The translations under genes were made by a program, and so were the position numbers. A model generated the notes under the pieces. That model ran no database searches. It was not told where the DNA came from and was given only the letters and a program-made list of their open reading frames with translations. Source: an uncultured Candidatus Binatia bacterium (GTDB lineage Bacteria; Desulfobacterota; Binatia; Bin18). Taken from it: a stretch of 64,000 nucleotides of DNA. Where the stretch lies: assembly GCA_965242795.1 (NCBI GenBank), contig OZ251505.1, positions 3,265,587 through 3,329,586 of the forward strand, in the 5' to 3' direction. Shown here piece by piece: positions 8,441 through 17,737 of this stretch (positions are counted from its first letter, which is position 1; the number at the start of each line of letters is the position of its first letter).

Positions 8441-9949
8441 GAACAGGAGGGCGGGCCGCTGGACGCGATTGCGGAACAGCGCAAGACGCCCGAAGGCTGG
8501 AGCATGACGCTCAGCCGTATGGCGCGGACCCACGGCGTGGAGTTGCAGGCAGGCGAGGCGCGCATCCTGGTCAAGTATCTGAGCGACCGCTACGGGCTGG
8601 CGCCCGCGGAGGTCGAGCCCTACCGCTTCATTCTGGAGCAGCGCAACATTCGTACTTCGGAGGAGGTTCCCGCACCGCTGAAAGCCGGCTGCGTACAGTG
8701 CCATACGTACGCGCGAACCGCGTTGCAGTACCGCACCGAAGATGCGTGGCTGCGGCTGGCGGATACCAAAGTCGCCATCATGGCGAATATCGGCAGCGAG
8801 ACGGCTTCGGCCGGGTTGCTGCGCGACTATTGGTACGACGATGCGAAGAACAACGCGTTTCCGTATCTTGCTGAGCATCAACCGTTCGAGACCGAAGCGT
8901 GGACGGCGTGGCAGACCAAGAAGAAGCCGGACTATGCCGGTCGCTGGGTGGTAGTCGGCCACGATCCCGGCCGCGGCGGGGAATACACCGGGACGCTGCG
9001 TCTCGACGCGCTCGGGAACGACCGCTACCGCGGCGAATTTTCGTATGCCTTCGCGGACGGCTCGCAACTGACGGGCACGACGACCGGCACGGTGTACACC
9101 GGCTTTCAGTGGCGTGGGGTGGCGCGGACGGACTCCGATGACGGAGACGACGCCCCACAGCGCGAGATCATGTTCGCGTCGGAAGACGGCGGCACGCTGG
9201 TCGGGCGGCGCTTGCTGACCAATTTCGGCGACCTCGGCATGGACGAGACGTGGTACCGCCGTACAGACCGTGCGCGGCTGCTCGCGGTGAATCCCCGGAG
9301 CGTTCGGACGGGAAGCACCCAGACCGTCAGGCTTTTCGGGACGGGTTTTTCCGAGACGTTGCTGTCGGACGGAGGGCTGACGTTCGGCGATGGGGTCACG
9401 GTGTCGTCCGCGCGGATCGAGGGCGACACCGCGGTCGTCGCCGAGGTGTCGGTCGAGGCCGGCGCGACGGAGGGGCTACGCAAGGTCGGGATCGGCGGCG
9501 CGGACGGGCAAGGCCAAGTCGCAGTGTACGACACGGTGGATTACGTCCGGGTTTTCCCGGAGCGCGGGTTCGCGCGCCCGGGCGGGATTCGGACCCCGAA
9601 GATTTTTCAGCAGTACGAGGCCGTCGGCTACGCCAACGGGCCGGACGATAAGAAAGGAACGGACGACGACGTGCGGCTGGGCCGGATCTCACCGATCCGC
9701 TGGAATCTCGAAGAGTACGTCAAACGCCCGAACGACGACGACGTCCGCTACGTCGGTTCCATCGATCAGCACGGCCTGTTTCTGCCCAACGTGGACGGGC
9801 CGAACGCGAACCGGCATCTGATGGAGGGCAACGTCGGCGACGTGTGGGTCGAGGCGTGGTACGCGCCCGACGGCGCGAAACGGCCGATGGGCGCGCGGGC
9901 GCATCTGCTTGTCATGCCGGCCAAATTCATCTTTCCCCCGATAGAATAG
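8273..9949 (+). CDS. qhpA: Quinohemoprotein amine dehydrogenase alpha subunit (N-terminal di-haem cytochrome c domain plus beta-rich domains)
   Basis: Signal peptide, then two haem c sites CSGCH and CVQCH within the first 150 aa. 558 aa in total. The next gene starts 2 nt after the stop (TAG…ATG). Followed by rSAM/SPASM (qhpD), a small Cys/Trp-rich gamma subunit (qhpC) and a beta-propeller protein (qhpB). Confidence 0.85.
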   Translation: MRIPACVPFMAFVVLWVGLVIRPGSAGAEQQAATASDVALPAGEILEQRCSGCHASEQEGGPLDAIAEQRKTPEGWSMTLSRMARTHGVELQAGEARILVKYLSDRYGLAPAEVEPYRFILEQRNIRTSEEVPAPLKAGCVQCHTYARTALQYRTEDAWLRLADTKVAIMANIGSETASAGLLRDYWYDDAKNNAFPYLAEHQPFETEAWTAWQTKKKPDYAGRWVVVGHDPGRGGEYTGTLRLDALGNDRYRGEFSYAFADGSQLTGTTTGTVYTGFQWRGVARTDSDDGDDAPQREIMFASEDGGTLVGRRLLTNFGDLGMDETWYRRTDRARLLAVNPRSVRTGSTQTVRLFGTGFSETLLSDGGLTFGDGVTVSSARIEGDTAVVAEVSVEAGATEGLRKVGIGGADGQGQVAVYDTVDYVRVFPERGFARPGGIRTPKIFQQYEAVGYANGPDDKKGTDDDVRLGRISPIRWNLEEYVKRPNDDDVRYVGSIDQHGLFLPNVDGPNANRHLMEGNVGDVWVEAWYAPDGAKRPMGARAHLLVMPAKFIFPPIE

Positions 9950-9950
9950 C

Positions 9951-11465
9951 GTGGTATGCGGTACTCGGGCAGAGACGCCGATGGAACTCCACTTCCGCGC
10001 CGAGAACGCGCATACGGTCCCCCAGACCGGCTTGTCGGGGAACGACGCCGCGCCCGACATTCTGGTCGCCGCGAAAAGCATGTCCATGTTCGTCATGGAT
10101 TCCGTCTCGGAAGCCGTTCTCGGCTACATGCGGTCGCATCCGCATTCCAGCGAAGCGGCACTGAGCGAAGCGCTGTCGCCCCGATTCTCGACGGACTCGG
10201 TCAGCGAGACCGTCCGGGAATTGCTCGCCCTGGAAATCCTGCACTCTCACGACCGGCCTGCGTCGCCGGCCCCGCTTCCCACGCTCGACGTCGAGCGCTT
10301 CCCGGTCACGTCACTGGTCGTGAACGTGGCCAATAAATGCAACCTGCACTGCACCTATTGTTACGAGCCGGACGGGGCCAAGTACGGACCGTCGCCGGTG
10401 CAGATGGATTGGACGACGGCGCGCGCCAGCGTCGATTTTCTGTTCGGGAAGTCGGGGCGCAGCAAAGAAGTGAACCTGATCTTCTTCGGCGGGGAGGCGC
10501 TGTTGAATTTTCCGCTCATGCGCCGCGTGGTGGCGTATGCCGAGGACAAGGCGGCGGCCGAAGGCAAGACCGTCGATTTTTCGCTCACCACCAACGGCAC
10601 GCTGTTGACCGACGAGGTGATCGATTTCTTCCAGACCCACCGCTTCGGCGTGACGGTCAGCATCGACGGGCCTAAGGACCTGCACGACAAGCGGCGCGTC
10701 TTCCTGAACGCGCGCGGTGGGCAGGTCGGGTCGTACGAGATGCTGCGGCCGCGGCTGGAACGATTGTTCGAACGCTACACCGCCCGACCGGTGGTGGCGC
10801 GCATCACGGTCGCCAGGGACGCCGTCGACGTGGTCCGCACGTACGAGCATCTGACCGAACTCGGCTTTTTCGAGGTCGGCTTTTCACCGGTCACCGCGCA
10901 GCCCGGAGCCGAGTACGGCTTGGAACCCGCGGATTTGCGCGACCTGTTGGATCAGTTCCGCGCATTGGGCGACGTCTACGTCGAACGCGCGCTCGACGGC
11001 CGCTATACCGGCTTCTCCAACCTGAGCACGCTGCTGACGGACATCCACGTGGGAACGAACAAGCTGTTCCCGTGCGGCGCCGGTCTGGGCCTGCTGGACG
11101 TGGACGGCAACGGCGACGTGTATCTATGCCACCGCTTCCCGGGCACAGACGAGCAGAAATACGGCAGCGTGCAGGACGGTCTGGACTACGACCGCCTCAA
11201 CACGTTCATCAACGGCGCCCATGTCGGGAACAAGCCCGTGTGTCAGACGTGCTGGATTCGCGGACTGTGCGGCGGCGGCTGTTACCACGAAGCCCAGACC
11301 GAGTTCGGCGACGCTACCCTGCCGAACCTGCACTACTGCGACTTCCTGCGCGCCTGGACCGAGTACGGTATCGGCGTGTACATGCAGCTTCAGGCGCGTG
11401 TGCCCGGCTTCATCGAGCGATACGTGGTACGCGGGCGGGGCGACGCGCCGAAGGAACTCACGTAG
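9951..11465 (+). CDS. qhpD: Radical SAM/SPASM-domain peptide maturase, QhpD (thioether Cys-to-Asp/Glu crosslinking enzyme for QhpC)
   Basis: CxxxCxxC radical-SAM motif VANKCNLHCTYCYE. C-terminal SPASM Cys cluster (CQTCWIRGLCGGGCYHE; CDFLRAW). Sits between qhpA and qhpC as in Paracoccus/Pseudomonas qhp operons. Confidence 0.85.
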   Translation: MVCGTRAETPMELHFRAENAHTVPQTGLSGNDAAPDILVAAKSMSMFVMDSVSEAVLGYMRSHPHSSEAALSEALSPRFSTDSVSETVRELLALEILHSHDRPASPAPLPTLDVERFPVTSLVVNVANKCNLHCTYCYEPDGAKYGPSPVQMDWTTARASVDFLFGKSGRSKEVNLIFFGGEALLNFPLMRRVVAYAEDKAAAEGKTVDFSLTTNGTLLTDEVIDFFQTHRFGVTVSIDGPKDLHDKRRVFLNARGGQVGSYEMLRPRLERLFERYTARPVVARITVARDAVDVVRTYEHLTELGFFEVGFSPVTAQPGAEYGLEPADLRDLLDQFRALGDVYVERALDGRYTGFSNLSTLLTDIHVGTNKLFPCGAGLGLLDVDGNGDVYLCHRFPGTDEQKYGSVQDGLDYDRLNTFINGAHVGNKPVCQTCWIRGLCGGGCYHEAQTEFGDATLPNLHYCDFLRAWTEYGIGVYMQLQARVPGFIERYVVRGRGDAPKELT

Positions 11466-11504
11466 ACGAGCGCGGTAAAGGCGCACGGAATCGAGGAGAA
11501 GGCC

Positions 11505-11864
11505 ATGAAACACCTCACAGCAGCCAATCGGAAGGCGCGGGCCGTGAGCGCCGCGGTCGACGCCCAGGAGGAGGGGCGCCCCGCGGCCACGCCGAAGGTG
11601 GTCGAAGACGTCATCGGCATGGCACAGCCCATCGGCTGTACGACCATCTTCAACCCCGGCTGGGAAGCGAACCCGTGGGGCGGCGCGAGCAGCATGTGCG
11701 CACCCATGGAAGCCGACCTGCTGAGTTGCGCCAACCTGTGCTGGTGGCCGGCGCAGGTGCCGGACAGCCTGCAGAACGCCCCGGAGTGGGCCAAGGCGTG
11801 CTCCGGTATGAATCAGGAAGACTGGCGCAACCTGGACGTGGTCTTTCCCAAGCTCGACGATTGA
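11505..11864 (+). CDS. qhpC: QHNDH gamma subunit precursor QhpC (leader peptide plus Cys/Trp-rich core bearing the CTQ cofactor and thioether crosslinks)
   Basis: 119 aa. Basic/Ala-rich leader, then a core with five Cys, Trp and multiple Asp/Glu (…GCTTIFNPGWEANPWGG…MCAPMEADLLSCANLCWWPAQ…). RBS gaggagaaggccATG. Its position between the rSAM gene and the beta-propeller gene is diagnostic. Confidence 0.8.
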   Translation: MKHLTAANRKARAVSAAVDAQEEGRPAATPKVVEDVIGMAQPIGCTTIFNPGWEANPWGGASSMCAPMEADLLSCANLCWWPAQVPDSLQNAPEWAKACSGMNQEDWRNLDVVFPKLDD

Positions 11865-11900
11865 TCCGGGCGCCGCTCGGAATCTCCGCTGGATCCGGCA

Positions 11901-13010
11901 ATGCTGCAATTCGGACACGCCCGGCGCCGTTCGACGCCATGGGCCGGCGGTTTGCTGCTGGCCTGCGCCCTGTTCGCCGTGCCGCGGACGGCCTGGGCGA
12001 AGTGGTATCTGCTCGCCAGCACCCACCCCAACAATCTGGTCGTCGTGGACACCGAGACGGATGCGGTCGTCCAGGACATCGCGTTGGAGGGCCGCGGCCC
12101 GGCGTTGTACATCGCGCCCAATCCCGCGCAGCCGCAGTTCGCGTACGTCGTCAACAACCTGGCCCGAAGCGTGGCGATGGTCGATCTCGACGAGGGCAAG
12201 CAGGTCAGGAGTTTCGACCTGTCGAGCGACGGCCAACTCGTGCGGACGATGGCCATTGACGTGAACACGCAGGGGACGCGGCTGTTCGTCCATGAAATGC
12301 CGATCGCCCAGGACCTCGGTCGTTACGCCGCACAGGAAAACCGCATCCGGGTCATCGACCTGAAGACCAACGAAACGGTCACCACGTTTCCCGCGCCGCG
12401 GCAAGTCATGTCGTTGGCTTCATCTCAGGACGGGGAACGCCTGTACGCGTTCAGCGTCGGCCAGGACATCTTCGTGTACGACGCCGAGACCGGCGCCCCG
12501 CTCGACACCATCCCGCTCGCCAACCGCAACATCAGCGGCATCGCCCGGACCGACGGCCTGCCGCTCGGCGGCACCTACCAGGAGAGCGGCCATCTGGTCT
12601 CGTTCGGCACTTTCACCACGGATTCGATCACCAAACAGATCACGCTGGGAATCGGGTCGCTCGACCTCACGCAGAAAGAGCCGGAGTTGAAGATCGTGGA
12701 ATTGCAACCCTTCGTCGAAGGCGATTATCTGCTCACCGGCACGCTGTCGCCCCACACGGGCAAGGCGTATTTCGGGTACAACAGTTTGTGGCGGGTGGAC
12801 CCCGAAACCCGCCACATCGAAAAGAAGGTGCCCCTGTCGAACACGTACTTCGCGCCGCTGGTGCACCCCGAGGGCAAGAAAATCTACTGCGGCAGCAATT
12901 GGCACGACGTGGCGGTGTTCGACGCCGAGTCGCTCGAACTGCTCACCAAGGTCGAACTCGGCCATTCGCAGACCGGCGGGGTGAGCGTGTTGCGATTCGT
13001 CGACCGCTGA
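11901..13010 (+). CDS. qhpB: QHNDH beta subunit QhpB (seven-bladed beta-propeller), signal peptide present
   Basis: N-terminal signal peptide (…LLLACALFAVPRTAWA), repetitive beta-strand-rich sequence typical of a propeller, ~369 aa. Directly follows qhpC. Confidence 0.75.
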   Translation: MLQFGHARRRSTPWAGGLLLACALFAVPRTAWAKWYLLASTHPNNLVVVDTETDAVVQDIALEGRGPALYIAPNPAQPQFAYVVNNLARSVAMVDLDEGKQVRSFDLSSDGQLVRTMAIDVNTQGTRLFVHEMPIAQDLGRYAAQENRIRVIDLKTNETVTTFPAPRQVMSLASSQDGERLYAFSVGQDIFVYDAETGAPLDTIPLANRNISGIARTDGLPLGGTYQESGHLVSFGTFTTDSITKQITLGIGSLDLTQKEPELKIVELQPFVEGDYLLTGTLSPHTGKAYFGYNSLWRVDPETRHIEKKVPLSNTYFAPLVHPEGKKIYCGSNWHDVAVFDAESLELLTKVELGHSQTGGVSVLRFVDR

Positions 13011-13075
13011 TCTGCCGGCCTCCGTCTTCCATCCCGCACCGCAGGAAGGCCGCGGCGGCTTTCCAACGTCACCTC

Positions 13076-13699
13076 ATGTTTCTCTCGCGGCGCACCGTCT
13101 TACAGGGGCTCGGCTGTGCCGCCCTGCTGAGCCACGCCCGCGACCTCGCGTTCGCGCTGGAGCAGGGCCGGCCTGCGGATTTCGCGTCGGTCGTCGAACG
13201 GCGGCGGATGATCCGCCGCTATACGGATCGTCCCGTTTCGGAGGAAGCCGTCACCACGCTGCTGCGTTACGCGGTGCGCGCACCGAGCGCCGGCAATCTG
13301 CAACCGTGGGAGTTCATCGTGGTGCGCGACCCCGCGGTGCGTGCGGACTTGGCGAAGGCCGCCATGAACCAACGTTCGGTCGCGACCGCGCCGGTGATCG
13401 TCGCCACGTGCGCCGACGTGCAGCGCATGGGCGAAAAGTACGGTACGCGAGGCGCCTTCTACAGCTTGGTGGATACGGCCTTCGCTTCGTTGCTGATTCT
13501 GCTGGGCGCGACCGAGCAGGGCTTGGGTGCGTGTTTCGTCGGCGCCTACGATCCGGCCGCGGTCGCAAAGATTTTCGGCTTACCCGATCACGTGCGCCCG
13601 GTCGGGCTCATCACGCTGGGCCATCCCGCGGAGGAGCCGCGCAAGCCGTCGGGCAAGCGAATCCCGCTCGAACGACTCATCCACGAGAACGTCTGGTAG
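13076..13699 (+). CDS. Nitroreductase-family flavoprotein with a predicted twin-arginine (Tat) signal peptide
   Basis: MFLSRRTVLQGLGCAALLSHARDLAFA (S-R-R-x-V-L motif plus AxA site), then the nitroreductase core (…APSAGNLQPWEFIVV…). The in-frame ATG at 13076 is preferred over the upstream track start at 12788. Confidence 0.7.
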   Translation: MFLSRRTVLQGLGCAALLSHARDLAFALEQGRPADFASVVERRRMIRRYTDRPVSEEAVTTLLRYAVRAPSAGNLQPWEFIVVRDPAVRADLAKAAMNQRSVATAPVIVATCADVQRMGEKYGTRGAFYSLVDTAFASLLILLGATEQGLGACFVGAYDPAAVAKIFGLPDHVRPVGLITLGHPAEEPRKPSGKRIPLERLIHENVW

Positions 13700-13936
13700 G
13701 GGAATTGCATATTTGAGGATCCTTGCCTGTTCTTTCCTTTCCATGACGATGTGGAGGGGCGTGAAATCTTACGCCTCTCCGGCTGACGGGTGACAAAAAG
13801 GCGTCTCAGGATCGTCGAGTAGGGAATCCCCTGTGGTAAGGTCCCTGCCGCCTCTTCGTCACGGTGGGCGAAAACCTCATACGCAATCGGACGGTTCGAC
13901 GGTCGCCGAAGTGGAGACCCTGTCAAGGAAGGAGGC

Positions 13937-14416
13937 ATGGATATGGCCGGAAAGCATTTCGAAGAGTTGCACGTGGGCGACGTGTTTCAGCATCAGCCCG
14001 GACGCACGATTACCGAGACCGACAACCTGTTGTTCTCGACCATGACCCTCAACCCGCAACCGCTGCACCTGGACGCCGAGTTCGCCGGCAAAGCCGAGTT
14101 CGGACAACGTTTGGTGAACAGCATCTTCACGCTGGGGCTGGCGGTCGGCGTGTCGGTCGGCGATACGACGCTGGGCACCACGGTCGGCAACCTCGGCTTC
14201 GAGAACGTCGTATTTCCCAAGCCGGTGTTCATCGGCGACACCCTCTCCGTCGAGTCCGAAGTCGTGGACAAGCGCGAGTCCCGCTCCCGCCCGCAGTGGG
14301 GGATCGTCACCTTCGAGCACCGGGCCAAGAACCAACGCGGCGAGCTCGTCATGCGTTGCCGGCGGGGCGCCATGATGCGAAAGAAGGACGCGCAGATTCC
14401 GGACGGACCGGGATAG
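13937..14416 (+). CDS. MaoC-like (R)-specific enoyl-CoA hydratase / acyl dehydratase (hotdog fold)
   Basis: 159 aa. Hotdog-fold pattern …[26 protein letters not shown]… is typical of MaoC dehydratases. Confidence 0.8.
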   Translation: MDMAGKHFEELHVGDVFQHQPGRTITETDNLLFSTMTLNPQPLHLDAEFAGKAEFGQRLVNSIFTLGLAVGVSVGDTTLGTTVGNLGFENVVFPKPVFIGDTLSVESEVVDKRESRSRPQWGIVTFEHRAKNQRGELVMRCRRGAMMRKKDAQIPDGPG

Positions 14417-14498
14417 GGCGGCAACGTTTCCGCCGGATGGTTTGGCGGTGTCGTCCCCCGACCGAGGAGATCCCCTCGCTTCGAGGAAAGGAAAGCGC

Positions 14499-15209
14499 AT
14501 GGCACACGCGCAATCGATCGTTGACGTCATCTGCGAGCGGGCGCTGGAAATGGCGCCGCAGGTCCCGTGGCTGGTCGAACCGTTGACGCCCGGCCGCGGG
14601 CAGGCGTTCATCTTGCAGCACGTTCTGCGCAACCGCTGGTTCAGCGGCGTGATCCGCCCCGCGTGGCTGAGCCGCTGCCCGGATTTGGCCCTGGTCCGCA
14701 AGACCATCGGCCAGATGCGCGAGGAACTGGTCTTCGACGACGAGATTTCACAGCCGCATACCACGCTGCTGTGGGAGATGGGCCGCAACGTCGGGCTGAC
14801 GGACGAGGAGATGGACGCGACGCGCGCCATGCCGCTGGTGGACGTGTCCCTCAACGTGATGGAGAACATCGCACGCACGCGGCACTGGGTGGCCGGCTGG
14901 CTGTCCACGTCTGTGGACGAGTTCATTCTGACGGCCATGCCCGGCCGGCACAATTTCCGGCCCGAAGCGTGGCAGCAGGCGTACGGTCTCAGCGACGCAC
15001 AGGTGTTCTTCTTCAGCTACCACACCCGCGCCGACGACGATCACGCCGGCCGCAAGGTGTGGGAGCCGATTGCGCGCCACGTGACGAGCGAGGCCGACCG
15101 CCGCGAAGTTCTTGAGGGGATGGACCTCGCACTCACCGCAAGCAAGCTCTTCTACCAAGGCGTGTGCGAACTCGGCGACCGGATCGACGCGGAGCGCGCC
15201 GCGGCCTAG
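14499..15209 (+). CDS. Haem-oxygenase-like fold protein (TenA/PqqC/'iron-containing redox enzyme' family)
   Basis: All-alpha composition with conserved acidic/His positions (…EEMDATRAMPLVDVSLNVMENIARTRHW…FFSYHTRADDDHAG…). Start placed at MAHAQSIV, which has an RBS aggaaagcgcATG. Confidence 0.5.
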   Translation: MAHAQSIVDVICERALEMAPQVPWLVEPLTPGRGQAFILQHVLRNRWFSGVIRPAWLSRCPDLALVRKTIGQMREELVFDDEISQPHTTLLWEMGRNVGLTDEEMDATRAMPLVDVSLNVMENIARTRHWVAGWLSTSVDEFILTAMPGRHNFRPEAWQQAYGLSDAQVFFFSYHTRADDDHAGRKVWEPIARHVTSEADRREVLEGMDLALTASKLFYQGVCELGDRIDAERAAA

Positions 15210-15239
15210 TCCCCACGGTTCGTTGCGGAGGGATGGGTT

Positions 15240-15410
15240 CCTTGGTTCTCAGCCAAGGCACCGCAAACCCGGGGACCTTCCCACCCCAAGTTCGTTGAGC
15301 TTGTCGAAACGAACCCCGATGTTACCTCGGCCCTCGCACCCCATCCCTAACCCTTCGCCCTTTGACACCCTTCGGCACCCTCAAGCCACCTCAAACTTAG
15401 GGACCATAGG
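15240..15410. repeat. Dispersed repeat family ('PFDKLR' element), copy 2
   Basis: ggggaccttcccaccccaagttcgttgagcttgtcgaaacgaaccccgatgttacc…cccttcgccctttgacacccttcggcaccctcaagcc…cttagggacc; compare 1180-1290 and 46290-46440. Confidence 0.55.
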
Positions 15411-15522
15411 GATTGCCCCTGCACCCGAATACAGATGTTCTGCGGGAGAAATTCTTCACCCTGATACGCTCCCGAACAATCCGGGACGCCATACGCCGCT
15501 GCACCGAGGAGGTCCGCTATCC

Positions 15523-16659
15523 ATGTCCGAACCCGAACGCCGCTTTGCGATCATCACCGACGAGGCTCTGGATTCGCTCCGCAAACTCATCGGCGTACCC
15601 ATCGAGGACACGCTGGAGCCGTGGTGCTACGAGGCCACGCGAGACAACATCCGCCACTACGCGCACGGCATCGGCGACGACAACCCGCTGTGGTGCGACC
15701 CGGACTACGCGGCGCAAGCGCGCTACGGCACCATCGTCGCGCCGCCGTCCTTCGTTTTTCCGCTCAACCGGGTGCTGAGCGGCTACGTGGGCGGGCTGCC
15801 GGGGATTCACGCCATGTGGGCGGGCGCGGACATCACCTGGCACGCCCCGGTCTTCCGCAACGACAGCTTCACGACCCGCGCCTATCTGAAGGACCTCGTC
15901 GAACACCAGACCCGCTTTGCCGGGCGGGCCATCCAGCAGATCTATCACGTCGATTACTACAACCAGCGTGGCGAACTGGTCATCGAGGGCGAAAGCTGGT
16001 GTTTCCGCACCGAGCGGGATACCGCCCGCGAGCGCGGCACCAAATATACCGCGGTGAAGCAGCAGGCGCCCGTGTCGTACACACGTGAACGGATCGCCGA
16101 GATCTTCGACCGGTACGCGCAAGAGGAAATCCGCGGCGCCACGCCGCGCTACGTCGAGGACGTGCGCGTCGGAGACAAGCTGCCGGGTATGGTCAAGGGG
16201 CCGATGACGGTCACCGGTTTCATCGCCTACGCGCAGGGCTGGGGCGGACTGTACATCCGGGCCAACCGCTTGGCCTGGAAGCAGTTGCAGAAACACCCGG
16301 GGCTCGGCATTCCCGACCGCTTCGGGATTCCCGACGTGCCCGAGCGCGTGCACTGGGACACCGACTTGGCCCAGCGCGTGGGGACGCCCGAAGCCTACGA
16401 CTACGGCCCGGAACGCACTTCGTGGATGACCCATCACCTGACCGACTGGATGGGCGACGCCGGCTTCCTGCGCAACATTTCTGTGAAGATTCGCCGTCAC
16501 AATCCGGTCGGCGACACGCTGTTCATCACCGGCGAAGTTACGAAGATATTCGAGGCCGACGGCCACCCCTGCGTCGAAGTCGAACAGCGCGCCGAAAATC
16601 AGGACGGCGAACTGTCCGTGCTCGGCACGGGTGTGATGCGCCTACCGTCGCGGGGGTAA
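15523..16659 (+). CDS. Double-hotdog MaoC-like acyl dehydratase (FAS1-like dehydratase N-domain plus MaoC C-domain)
   Basis: Start MSEPERRFAIITDEALDSL… with RBS gaggaggtccgctatccATG. ~378 aa with two hotdog halves. The upstream portion of track ORF 15112.. is repeat-derived and was rejected. Confidence 0.75.
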   Translation: MSEPERRFAIITDEALDSLRKLIGVPIEDTLEPWCYEATRDNIRHYAHGIGDDNPLWCDPDYAAQARYGTIVAPPSFVFPLNRVLSGYVGGLPGIHAMWAGADITWHAPVFRNDSFTTRAYLKDLVEHQTRFAGRAIQQIYHVDYYNQRGELVIEGESWCFRTERDTARERGTKYTAVKQQAPVSYTRERIAEIFDRYAQEEIRGATPRYVEDVRVGDKLPGMVKGPMTVTGFIAYAQGWGGLYIRANRLAWKQLQKHPGLGIPDRFGIPDVPERVHWDTDLAQRVGTPEAYDYGPERTSWMTHHLTDWMGDAGFLRNISVKIRRHNPVGDTLFITGEVTKIFEADGHPCVEVEQRAENQDGELSVLGTGVMRLPSRG

Positions 16660-16682
16660 TCTCGACTGAAGGAGCGGAACCC

Positions 16683-17735
16683 ATGCTCGAAAGTGTCCGT
16701 ATACGGAACTTCCGCAACCTGGTTGACCTTCAGATCGGAGGACTCGATCGTGTGAACCTGTTTACCGAGCAGAACAACTCGGGCAAGACGACGCTGCTCG
16801 AGGCATTGTTCTTGTTGGCTGGTGGGGGAAACCCCAGCTTGCTCCTGAGCATAAATTCTTTTCGTGGAATCGACACGACCGGCGGCACAACGACCACAGT
16901 TCGAGAAGTTTTATGGAAGCCCTTGTTCTGCACCCTCGATACGAAGCGAGTCATCAGGATTGAAGCTCACCGTCTCTCTCATGAGTCCTTCTCTCTCAGT
17001 ATCTCGCTCGACCAACCCGACACGATTCGGCTTCCACTCGGCCAGTCAAGTAGATCCCTAGCGGTTGGAGCTTTGAATGAAGATTCTCTTCTGTTTCGCT
17101 TCGATAGTAAGGAAGCAGGACATATAGAGGGTCGGATGTATGTGACCGTCGACGGAATCAAGATTGAGCAACCTACGGAAAATCTCTCGTTTCCGGCTGT
17201 CTTTCTTTCGTCTCGGATCGGGAATCTTCAGGAAGACGCCGTGCGCTTGGGACAGCTTCGGCAACACAAGCAAGCAAGCTCGGTGATGGAAGCTCTGAGA
17301 GTTGTCGAACCAAAACTGCAAAGTGTCGAGGATAATTCCGCAAGTGGAGGTCCCATGATTTGGGAGGATGTCGGTCTTTCCGAACTCGTGCCCTTGCCGG
17401 CTATGGGCGAGGGGATGACGCGGGTTGCCAGGCTGATTCTGGCAATCTCGTCAGCGCCGGGTGGTCTTGTTCTTATTGACGAGATCGAAAACGGACTGCA
17501 CCACTCGATCTTGTCCAAGGTCTGGAAAGCGGTCGATCAGGCGGCAAAGAATTTCGACACGCAGGTGGTTGCGACTACGCACAGTTACGAATGTCTGGAG
17601 GCGGCCCACGAAGCGTTCGGGAAAGACGGGGTTCGTCTTTATCGGCTCGAAGCCGAGAATGACGAAAATCGTTGTGTGACGTATGAACCAGAGGCGATCG
17701 AGGCGGCCATCTATCACAATTTGGAGGTGCGCTAA
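16683..17735 (+). CDS. ABC-type AAA ATPase (AAA_21/AAA_15-like, OLD/AriA-like N-terminal ATPase)
   Basis: MLESVRIRNFRNLVDLQIGG…FTEQNNSGKTTLLEALF (Walker A, SMC/RecF-like N-terminus) … LVLIDEIENGLHH (Walker B / D-loop) … ATTHS (H-loop). ~50% GC versus ~65% flanks. Confidence 0.75.
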   Translation: MLESVRIRNFRNLVDLQIGGLDRVNLFTEQNNSGKTTLLEALFLLAGGGNPSLLLSINSFRGIDTTGGTTTTVREVLWKPLFCTLDTKRVIRIEAHRLSHESFSLSISLDQPDTIRLPLGQSSRSLAVGALNEDSLLFRFDSKEAGHIEGRMYVTVDGIKIEQPTENLSFPAVFLSSRIGNLQEDAVRLGQLRQHKQASSVMEALRVVEPKLQSVEDNSASGGPMIWEDVGLSELVPLPAMGEGMTRVARLILAISSAPGGLVLIDEIENGLHHSILSKVWKAVDQAAKNFDTQVVATTHSYECLEAAHEAFGKDGVRLYRLEAENDENRCVTYEPEAIEAAIYHNLEVR

Positions 17736-17737
17736 GT

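Noticed and set aside
12788-13075. Upstream extension of the nitroreductase ORF into qhpB
   Set aside because: Overlaps the qhpB 3' end in another frame. The in-frame ATG at 13076 gives a clean Tat-type signal peptide.
15112-15522. N-terminal 137 aa of track ORF 15112..16659
   Set aside because: Encoded by the dispersed 'PFDKLR' repeat and intergenic sequence. A strong RBS plus ATG at 15523 begins the conserved double-hotdog protein.
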